Shown here: piece after piece, positions 57,086 through 64,000 of the stretch
How positions within the stretch are numbered: the stretch's first letter is position 1
How the letters are laid out: the number at the start of each line of letters is the position of its first letter
From: Candidatus Giovannonibacteria bacterium
Lineage (GTDB): Bacteria; Patescibacteriota; Minisyncoccia; UBA11713; 2-01-FULL-45-33
Length of the DNA stretch: 64,000 nucleotides
Reading direction: 5' to 3'
Assembly (NCBI GenBank): GCA_016432405.1
Contig: CP066687.1
Coordinates: 219,040-283,039, forward strand
Program-made: the position numbers and the translations under genes
The notes under the pieces: generated by a model
What the model saw: only the letters and a program-made list of their open reading frames with translations
The model's database searches: none
Told to the model about the DNA's origin: nothing

Positions 57086-58667
57086 TATGAACCGGCTTAC
57101 AAGGGCCATCTCCTTATTTCTAATACTGGCTTCGCTTGCGTATCCGATTTTTGTTTTTACTATTTTCCCGAACTGGGTTATTGATGACGCTTTTATCACT
57201 TTTAGATACGCGGAAAATTTGGCGAAGTCCGGTGAATTTACTTGGAACGTCGGCGAGCCGCCGATTGAGGGATATACCGGCGTATTTTTGCCCGCGGCGC
57301 TCGCCGTTTTTATAAAATTTGGTTTTGACCCGATTAACGTAAGCCGCGCCATCGGCGTTTTTTCTTTCTTTTTGGGGTGGCTTATGCTTTTTTTATCGCT
57401 ACGGCTGCTGAAGTCCGATAAATTTGTCCTCGGCATTATATTGCTGCTTTACAGCACGACGCCGATTTTATTTACTCACGCCTCTTCCGGGCTGGAAACA
57501 ATGCTTTTTATCGCTTCTATTTTAGCGTCGTCATATTTCTTACTGCGGTTTTTATTGCGCGGGGAGAGCGCGCCCTTGTTTTTGTCTCTGCTTCTTACAA
57601 GTTTGGTGCGGCCGGAGGGCGTTGCGCTTGCCGGGTTTTTTGCGGCTGCCGCGGCGCTTTATGAATTTAGACAACGGCGCGGAAGTTTAAAAATTTTTAT
57701 AATCGGCTTCGCGATTTTTTACTTTGTGCCCGCGCTTCTTTATTTCCTGTGGCGATTAAATTATTATCATGCCCTCTTGCCGAATACTTATTACGCAAAA
57801 AGCGACGTCGGGTTTAGCGTGGACATTTTAATTGACATTTTCAGGTTTCTGCGCGGAAACTTTGCGCTCCCAATTTTGGCGGGCATAGCGCTCTTACTGC
57901 CGGAAATTGACTGGTTTTGGGCGCGGATAAAAAGTCGCGCGGGAGGGTTTTGGGAATCCAATATTTTATACGTTTTTCTGCCGACCGCGGCTTTCGCGGC
58001 TTTACTTATGCTGTTTTATGCGCGCTCTCACCTTACTACGAATTTCTCCGAGCGTTTTTATACTTCGTTGATGCCGGCAATGTGGCTGGGATTGGCTTTC
58101 GCATTTAATTTTGGTTTTGCGGTTCTTAATTATATTAAAGGCAACAAAAAACTTGGTTATAAGTTGGCAATATTTTTGTTCTTTGCTTTAAGTTCATATC
58201 AAATTTTATTCCATGCGGCGAAACTGAAAAACGAAATAACTTTTGCCAATGATGAAAAAACCGAAAAAGAGAGTCAGCATTATTTAGCTGGCGGGTTTCT
58301 TCAAAAAAATCTGTCGCCGACAGATTGGGTGGTAATTTATTTGGATGCTGGCGCGGTGCCGTATTTTTCTAAAATGAAAGCCGTTGATTTCGGCGCGCTA
58401 AACGACCCTGTTTTGGCGCGCGGCAAGCTGTCGCCCAAAGAGCGCATAGATTATTTTTATTCTAAAAATCCGGCGGCGATTTTTATTACCAGTTCTTCTT
58501 TAGAGAGAGTGGAGTCCGACAAGGAGGCCATGGCGATTGCCGGCGACCCGCGCTTTCAAGGATATGCGCTTGCGCAAAAATACCCATCGCCGTTTGCTTA
58601 CCGTTATCCGGTAATAAACCATCAACTGCTTTTTTTACGAAACGACATATATTCTAAATTAAAATGA
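57072..58667 (+). CDS. GT-C fold membrane glycosyltransferase (ArnT/PMT/arabinofuranosyltransferase-like)
   Basis: DDAFITFRYAENLAKSGEF is the first-loop acidic motif typical of GT-C enzymes that use polyprenyl-phosphate sugars. About 11 TM helices plus a C-terminal soluble domain; 531 aa. Confidence 0.6.
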   Translation: MNSYDMNRLTRAISLFLILASLAYPIFVFTIFPNWVIDDAFITFRYAENLAKSGEFTWNVGEPPIEGYTGVFLPAALAVFIKFGFDPINVSRAIGVFSFFLGWLMLFLSLRLLKSDKFVLGIILLLYSTTPILFTHASSGLETMLFIASILASSYFLLRFLLRGESAPLFLSLLLTSLVRPEGVALAGFFAAAAALYEFRQRRGSLKIFIIGFAIFYFVPALLYFLWRLNYYHALLPNTYYAKSDVGFSVDILIDIFRFLRGNFALPILAGIALLLPEIDWFWARIKSRAGGFWESNILYVFLPTAAFAALLMLFYARSHLTTNFSERFYTSLMPAMWLGLAFAFNFGFAVLNYIKGNKKLGYKLAIFLFFALSSYQILFHAAKLKNEITFANDEKTEKESQHYLAGGFLQKNLSPTDWVVIYLDAGAVPYFSKMKAVDFGALNDPVLARGKLSPKERIDYFYSKNPAAIFITSSSLERVESDKEAMAIAGDPRFQGYALAQKYPSPFAYRYPVINHQLLFLRNDIYSKLK

Positions 58668-60016
58668 TTTTAGATGTCATTAAATCGCGGCGCACCCAGC
58701 GGCATTTTTCCGATAAGCCCGTGCCGGAGGAATATGTTGAAAAAATTCTTGAGGCGGCCAGCTGGGCGCCGAGCTCCTGCAATATGCAGCTTCTGGGGCT
58801 GATTCGCGTAACCGACCCGGCGCTCCGCCAAAAACTTGTTTATGAAGCGAAGTCCGCCGGCGAGGCCGCGAGAGCCCCGGTGCTTTTTGTGGCTACTTAC
58901 GATAAAAGATTCAGCCAGGAATACCATTCAAACATCCAATCCGGCGCGGCGGCGATTCAAAATATGGTCCTTACCGCGGAAAGTCTTGGTTTGGGAGCTT
59001 ATTGGGCGGCGAGCGTTGGGAAAGAAGAAATTGTGCGGAGCATTTTTAAAATACCTGAAAGGCGCGAGATTCTTGCTTTGGTTATGTTCGGCTGGCCGGA
59101 CAAAAAGCCGATTCCTCCGCGGCGAAGGCCGCCGGCGGAGTTTGTGCATAATAATTTCTACGACGGCAGCCGCGACCTGCCGCTTTCCGGGGACCCGGAC
59201 GACTGGCCAATTGAGCAGTTGAAAGCATTTCAGGAATTCAGGGTCTGGAGCGGCGCGAAATACCGCCCCTATCTTAGGGAGGAGTTCTCGGCGGTTCTTG
59301 ATTCAATCAAAGCGCACGCGCCCGCTGACGCGAAGGAATGGATTGATTTTTTGCCGTCAACCGGCGCGTATTTGGAGGGCTTGGTCAGGATTTTTCCGCG
59401 CGCGAGATTTAAAATTCTGGAGATTGCCGACCAACTGGCGCGTTTTTCAATAGAAAGAATCGGCGGCGCGGGCAAGCCGGAGAACCCTGTTGATTACGCC
59501 AATTACAATTTTGCGGGCGCGGAAAGCAGAGCCGACGCGGTTTCCTGCCTTTTTCGTTTGGAAGCGTATCCGACCGATTTGCATGAAAAAATACTGGAAG
59601 ATCTGTCGTCTTTGGTAAAGCCGGGCGGTATGCTGATTTTAGGCGTCTGCAACAAATTTTCTTATTTTTTGCCCCTGCACCGCCTCAAGGCGCGCCGCAA
59701 AAAAGAAATTCGTTTTCCGGTGATGACTCCGCAGATGGTGGCGCCATTCAAGCCGGTTGATCCGGACTGGACTTGTGGGATATTAAGGAGAGCTGGGTTC
59801 AGTTTGGAAGCGCGGGAATGTTTGTTTCTTTTTCCGACAATTGAAGAGCTGACTCCTTATTACAGCAAGTCCCCGCCATTGCCGTTTTCATTATTTGTCA
59901 AAGCCGCGAGGATGTTTTCTAAAATGATGCCGCGGCAGGTTTGGAGAAAATACGCGAAGATACAATTATTTTTTTTGAGGAAGGAGAACGATGGACGCCC
60001 CTCTGGGATTTCTTAA
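58664..60016 (+). CDS. Fusion of a nitroreductase-family flavoprotein domain and a methyltransferase-like domain
   Basis: N-terminus RRTQRHFSDKPVPEEYVEKILEAASWAPSSCNMQ is nitroreductase-like. C-terminus VKPGGMLILGV is MTase-like. 450 aa. Confidence 0.45.
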   Translation: MILDVIKSRRTQRHFSDKPVPEEYVEKILEAASWAPSSCNMQLLGLIRVTDPALRQKLVYEAKSAGEAARAPVLFVATYDKRFSQEYHSNIQSGAAAIQNMVLTAESLGLGAYWAASVGKEEIVRSIFKIPERREILALVMFGWPDKKPIPPRRRPPAEFVHNNFYDGSRDLPLSGDPDDWPIEQLKAFQEFRVWSGAKYRPYLREEFSAVLDSIKAHAPADAKEWIDFLPSTGAYLEGLVRIFPRARFKILEIADQLARFSIERIGGAGKPENPVDYANYNFAGAESRADAVSCLFRLEAYPTDLHEKILEDLSSLVKPGGMLILGVCNKFSYFLPLHRLKARRKKEIRFPVMTPQMVAPFKPVDPDWTCGILRRAGFSLEARECLFLFPTIEELTPYYSKSPPLPFSLFVKAARMFSKMMPRQVWRKYAKIQLFFLRKENDGRPSGIS

Positions 60017-61736
60017 AAAAGCGTCCGGCGCACTTTGGGGCGCCTCGGAGAGGAACGGAAATATTTTTTGCGCGAAACACGGAGTTGAACACACCGGAAA
60101 AATCGCTTACGCGGCGATATTGAATTTGGAGCTTTTTGACGCGACAGGCGAAGCGGAATATTTAAAGCGCGCGAGGATTTACGCGGAGTTCGTGTATTCT
60201 AAAATAAAACCCGAGCCCTCGGAAAAATATTGGATAGTCTGGCCCGGGAATTATTCAAGATATAATATGTCCAATTCAAGTTTGGACGCCGGGGCCGGGA
60301 TTGACGCGCTTTCATCTCTTCTGCTTCATCCAAAGAGCGGCCTTTCGGGTGAAACGATAGAAAAATATCGTGACGCCGTGCGGAAAGTCGCCTCCAGCTA
60401 TCTCACGGAAGCGGCTTCAGAAAAGCCGATTACCAACCAGAGATTATGGGCGGGGACGGGGCTCGCCGCCGCTTACGCTTTATTCCGCGAAGACAAGTGG
60501 AAAGACGCCGTTTTAAAAGGCATTGAGCGCGCTCTTCGGGAGCAGTGGGCGGACGGTTTTTTTTCTTACCATCCTTCTCCGGAGAAATCCGGCATGCCGG
60601 ACTCCGCGCGCGACCTCACTTCCTTTTACCATTCCCGGCACATCGGTTTTATATTGTATTCTCTGGCCCGGCTGGGGGTTGATTGGCGCGCGTACGAAGC
60701 AAATTTAAGCAAGGGGATTCGGGCGCTGGTCGCGCTAATCGGCAGAGACGGGCTAAAAAACGTCCGGGCCGAAGCCAAACGCTGGTATTGGCACTCCTTT
60801 TACGAGGTGGCGAGTTATTCTTTTGACCTCTACGCGCTTTTGGTATGGGGCGAACGCGCCGGAGACGAATTGGCAACAGAGTACGCGCGGCTTATGTGGG
60901 AGCGCTTGGAGAGCGAGCAGGCAAAAGACGGCTGGATTTTGGCTTCCAATGCGGGAGAAAATTTTCAATGTAAAATTTTCTGGACTTGCCAAACCGCCTG
61001 GCTTGCGCGCGTGCGGAATTTTGTTCCGCAAAAAACAAATATGCCGCAAGACGAATATACTTACTTCCCTGACGCCGACATTTTGCGCGTCGGGAAGCCG
61101 TCGTATCTTGTAACTCTGCGCGGAAAGACGTTTGCTCCAACAATGAGCTGGGGTTCCGGCTACGGCGGAGGCAATGCGCTTTATTTTGGTAATGCTTCCG
61201 AAGGATTTGCTAATAAATACCCGGCGCGCCATGGAGAGGTGGAGAGCGGCACGGGCTATGGCAGTTGGGTGGCTGCGCCGTCGTCTTTTTCGCTTCGCGC
61301 GCGCATTCAGCGCGCGTTAAAGCTTCTTAAAAACGAGCGGCACGAATTGAAAAGCCACATGTTTTATATGTTTGTTGAGCTCCGCGCCGGAAATATCCGG
61401 GCTTTTGGACACCTCTTCGCTGGACATTTTTTAAAACGCATCTTGTCCGCATTTTCGCCTTTGATTTCCACGGAGTGGAGCAGGGATGTTGCTGCCGACG
61501 TTTCTCCGCGCGCGGCATTTTATAAAGTGGCTCCGGCGGCGCGCGACGGAGAAGTGCGCGACGATTTTATTTTGGAAAGAAAATACATATTCGGGGAAAA
61601 TACGGTCTCCGTCCGCGACCAAGTGACCGTTAAACGGCCGCTTCGTTATCTTGCGCTGGTTGAGGGCGTGGGCGGAGAAACCCGCGTTTTTCATCCGAAG
61701 CAAAACGACACAATTGTCATAGAATATGAACTATGA
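59991..61736 (+). CDS. Hypothetical soluble protein, possibly an alpha/alpha-toroid polysaccharide lyase/epimerase-like fold
   Basis: 581 aa with no diagnostic motif; Trp/Tyr-rich repeats such as WYWHSFYEV. Confidence 0.25.
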   Translation: MDAPLGFLKKASGALWGASERNGNIFCAKHGVEHTGKIAYAAILNLELFDATGEAEYLKRARIYAEFVYSKIKPEPSEKYWIVWPGNYSRYNMSNSSLDAGAGIDALSSLLLHPKSGLSGETIEKYRDAVRKVASSYLTEAASEKPITNQRLWAGTGLAAAYALFREDKWKDAVLKGIERALREQWADGFFSYHPSPEKSGMPDSARDLTSFYHSRHIGFILYSLARLGVDWRAYEANLSKGIRALVALIGRDGLKNVRAEAKRWYWHSFYEVASYSFDLYALLVWGERAGDELATEYARLMWERLESEQAKDGWILASNAGENFQCKIFWTCQTAWLARVRNFVPQKTNMPQDEYTYFPDADILRVGKPSYLVTLRGKTFAPTMSWGSGYGGGNALYFGNASEGFANKYPARHGEVESGTGYGSWVAAPSSFSLRARIQRALKLLKNERHELKSHMFYMFVELRAGNIRAFGHLFAGHFLKRILSAFSPLISTEWSRDVAADVSPRAAFYKVAPAARDGEVRDDFILERKYIFGENTVSVRDQVTVKRPLRYLALVEGVGGETRVFHPKQNDTIVIEYEL

Positions 61737-61740
61737 CGCA

Positions 61741-61761
61741 CTTGGAAGTCCGGCTTCCAAG
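61741..61761. repeat. REP-like 21-bp perfect palindrome (8-bp stems, 5-nt loop), copy 1
   Basis: CTTGGAAG-TCCGG-CTTCCAAG; identical to the copy at 62422-62442; it sits exactly between two convergent stop codons. Confidence 0.7.
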
Positions 61762-61931
61762 TTAATCAAACAATAACGTTTCCAGCTCTTTGTAAAGCTG
61801 TTTACGCGCCAATATGTCTTTGAGCGATTCTTTTGCGAAAGTTTTATACTCCGCAATGTTTCTAAATTGATCTAGGATTATTTTTTTCTCACAAGTCCCT
61901 TTTTGTTTTTCTACATATTCTTCCCAACTCG

Positions 61932-61952
61932 ACTTGGAAGCTCGGCTTCCAA
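61932..61952. repeat. Intragenic REP-like palindrome, copy 2, in frame and encoding LGSRASK
   Basis: CTTGGAAG-CTCGG-CTTCCAAG inside the RAYT coding sequence. Confidence 0.6.
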
Positions 61953-62208
61953 GTCGGTGGATGCGGTCGTTTAAATTTACATAAGCGCTTATATGCAGAA
62001 GATACTCATTGGAGTCAATATGGCGAGATTTAAATTTACCTTGGAACAATACTCCACTGCGGTGATATTTATTATTAAAATAGTTTGTAAAACCAGTGCC
62101 GAGTCTTTGCATAAATTTTTCTACGCCCCTTTCTTCGGTTTGCTGAAGAATAAAATGATAGTGATTTGGATTAAGGCAGTAAGCTACGCAATTTACTAAT
62201 TTGCGTTG

Positions 62209-62229
62209 CTTGGAAGCCGAACTCCCAAG
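62209..62229. repeat. Intragenic REP-like palindrome, copy 3, one stem mismatch, in frame and encoding LGSSASK
   Basis: CTTGGAAG-CCGAA-CTCCCAAG inside the RAYT coding sequence. Confidence 0.5.
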
Positions 62230-62421
62230 TTGATTTTTTACGAAAGAATTCTCATAAATACTGCCTATTGGTTTTAACGTGTTAAATTCCTGCATGCTTT
62301 GCAGAAATCTCTCAAAATCGTATTTATCCAAAAAAATTTTTCGCTTATCGGTTCCGCGATTATAGATGTGATAAAATTCCCCAACGGAGAATACCTCTTT
62401 TCTCATATTGTTATATTAGCA

Positions 62422-62442
62422 CTTGGAAGTCCGGCTTCCAAG
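62422..62442. repeat. REP-like 21-bp perfect palindrome, copy 4, upstream of the RAYT start
   Basis: CTTGGAAG-TCCGG-CTTCCAAG; 16 nt upstream of the RAYT ATG on the minus strand. Confidence 0.7.
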
Positions 62443-62521
62443 TATTGCCGGATAGAGTTTTGCCATAATCACTTGACAAAAATCATTGAAAAAGCTAGGG
62501 TTACAGAAAGGAGGGGAAATT

Positions 62522-62698
62522 ATGCTTGGTCACATGGAAAAACCGGCAGAAGTTGCTAGGTCCGCGAAAGATGTAGTTTTGGAAGTATTGGATGAGTGGG
62601 ACAAAAAGATCAAGAAGATGGAAGAAGAAAACAATCTCCCCAACCCGACTACTTTGCTGGACTACGTCCGCAAAGACATCGAGAAAGCACTGGCTTAG
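62522..62698 (+). CDS. Small hypothetical protein (58 aa, charged/helical)
   Basis: AGGAGG 7 nt upstream of the ATG at 62522; followed by a terminator. Confidence 0.35.
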   Translation: MLGHMEKPAEVARSAKDVVLEVLDEWDKKIKKMEEENNLPNPTTLLDYVRKDIEKALA

Positions 62699-62707
62699 CC
62701 GCGCGAA

Positions 62708-62735
62708 TGGGCCCAATCTTGGGCCTTTTTCTTTT
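62708..62735 (+). terminator. Rho-independent terminator
   Basis: GGGCCC-AATCTT-GGGCC hairpin followed by TTTTTCTTTT. Confidence 0.55.
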
Positions 62736-62774
62736 GCCTTGCCGCAGGGTTTGGTTTTAGGTATCATTTAAACC

Positions 62775-64000
62775 ATGTCGCAAAAAACAATAGACATCAT
62801 TGTTAAAATAATCAAAGTCGGGCTTTGCGTTTTGCCGGCCGCCACGCTTATCGTGGGCGGAAATTTTTTCGCCAATATTTTTCTCCCCGGGGTGGGGGAT
62901 TTATTTTTTCCGTTCATTACCGGAAAAAACTTTTTCTTCAGGATAGTTGTTGAAATTTTGTTCGCCCTCTGGGCGCTGGCGGCGATTTTTGACAAGCGCT
63001 TCCGCCCGACATTGTCGCCCGTTTTTTGGGCGGTTTCGGCCACGCTCGTAATTCTGGTTTTATCCACTATTTTCGGGGAGAATCCTTACCGCAGTTTTTG
63101 GTCCAATTATGAACGAATGGAGGGGCTCGTGGGGCATCTTCATCTTTTTGCGTATTTCGTAATGCTCATCGGCGTTTTTAAATCGCAAACCGACTGGCGG
63201 AGATTTTTTTACTCAAGCATCGCAGTAAGTTTCATAATCACGACTTATTCGTATCTGCAGTTTATGGGGAGGTTGGAAATCCATCAGTCAAGCGATCGGC
63301 TTGACGCGACTTTAGGAAACGCGACGTATCTTGCGATTTACATTATTTTTCACCTCGCGCTTCTGGCTTATTATTTATTTCAACCTGCCCGCCAATTGGC
63401 AGGCGGGGAAAAACGAGTTTGGATAAAAGGTCTTTTTGCGGCGCTCATTGTTTTGGAGACCCCGATTGTGTTTCTTACCGCAACCAGAGGCGCGATTTTG
63501 GGGCTCATGGGGGGCGCGGTGCTTTTTGCTTTGCTTTTGGCGCTGTTGGATTGGGGTGCGAAGAGCAGGCTTTATAAACTTGTTGCCGCCGGGCTTGTTG
63601 CGGCTGTTTTTTTAATGGTCGGCGCGTTTTTTGCGTTAAAGAATACTAATTTTGTCCAAAAAAATTATGTGCTTAGCCGCTTTGCCCAGCTTTCGCCGCA
63701 GGAGCAGACAACCAAATCGCGCTTTACTATCTGGAGCATGGCGCTGGAGGGGTTTCAGGAACATCCTGTTTTGGGAGTAGGACTTGAAAATTTTAATCTT
63801 GTCTTCAATAAGCACTATAAAGCCATGTTGTGGCCGCAGGAGCCGTGGTTTGACAGGGCGCACAACGTATTTTTTGACTGGCTGGCGCAGGGCGGGGCGC
63901 TGGGGCTGATTGCTTACCTCGGAATCTTCATTGCGGCTATCTTCACGCTTTGGAAAAATCAATCGGATAAGTTCGCCACTGCCGCTTTCACGTCGCTTTT
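62775..64000 (+). CDS. O-antigen ligase / Wzy_C-domain polytopic membrane protein; the 3' end runs off the window
   Basis: At least 10 TM helices. LTATRGAILGL matches the Wzy_C motif xxRGAxLxL. The ORF track missed it because it has no stop within the window. Confidence 0.55.
   Translation, partial: MSQKTIDIIVKIIKVGLCVLPAATLIVGGNFFANIFLPGVGDLFFPFITGKNFFFRIVVEILFALWALAAIFDKRFRPTLSPVFWAVSATLVILVLSTIFGENPYRSFWSNYERMEGLVGHLHLFAYFVMLIGVFKSQTDWRRFFYSSIAVSFIITTYSYLQFMGRLEIHQSSDRLDATLGNATYLAIYIIFHLALLAYYLFQPARQLAGGEKRVWIKGLFAALIVLETPIVFLTATRGAILGLMGGAVLFALLLALLDWGAKSRLYKLVAAGLVAAVFLMVGAFFALKNTNFVQKNYVLSRFAQLSPQEQTTKSRFTIWSMALEGFQEHPVLGVGLENFNLVFNKHYKAMLWPQEPWFDRAHNVFFDWLAQGGALGLIAYLGIFIAAIFTLWKNQSDKFATAAFTSL

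Larger units (their letters stand above)
61762..62406 (-). mobile_element. REP-associated tyrosine transposase (RAYT / IS200-like Y1 HUH) gene
   Basis: FYHIYNRG near the N-terminus; HUH motif NPNHYHFIL; C-terminal YLLHISAYVNLN matches the RAYT YxxHVDYIHxNP catalytic-Tyr region. It is flanked by identical palindromes. Confidence 0.6.

Noticed and set aside
62486-62521. Longer start (MKKLGLQKGGEIM...) for the small ORF
   Set aside because: The AGGAGG RBS sits inside this extension and is correctly spaced for the internal ATG at 62522, so the shorter 58-aa product is more plausible. The gene itself is low confidence.
1-64000. CRISPR arrays, tRNA/rRNA genes, prophage or toxin-antitoxin modules
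   Set aside because: Scanning for direct repeats with unique spacers, cloverleaf-compatible segments, integrase/recombinase motifs or short paired ORFs found nothing. The only repeat family is the 21-bp palindrome around the RAYT gene, and the only long repeats are the gene-conversion tracts between the GT-C paralogues.

Overview
This 64 kb window is an almost uninterrupted cell-surface glycan biosynthesis island on a compact, gene-dense genome. Overlapping start/stop codons are frequent and GC is about 50 %, which suggests a small-genome uncultivated bacterium, possibly CPR-like. I found no tRNA, rRNA or CRISPR. I count roughly 65 protein-coding genes, and nearly all fall into sugar-nucleotide or glycan assembly chemistry. 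The main modules are: (1) a GDP-D-glycero-alpha-D-manno-heptose route. (2) A dTDP-3-amino-3,6-dideoxyhexose route that includes a dehydratase fused to a GT2 domain. (3) A CMP-nonulosonic acid route with an adjacent acetamidino-forming amidotransferase trio, a formyltransferase and an amidinotransferase-fold enzyme. (4) A CDP-glycerol module. (5) Lipid-linked monosaccharide donor machinery feeding large GT-C-type membrane glycosyltransferases, three of which are paralogues carrying gene-conversion tracts. (6) At least ten SAM methyltransferases and several unusual domain fusions. (7) A REPtron-like unit near the 3' end: a REP-associated tyrosine transposase gene flanked by identical 21-bp palindromes, with two further in-frame intragenic copies. 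The window ends in a partial O-antigen-ligase-like gene. All calls rest on motif-level reading of the provided translations; I ran no database searches.
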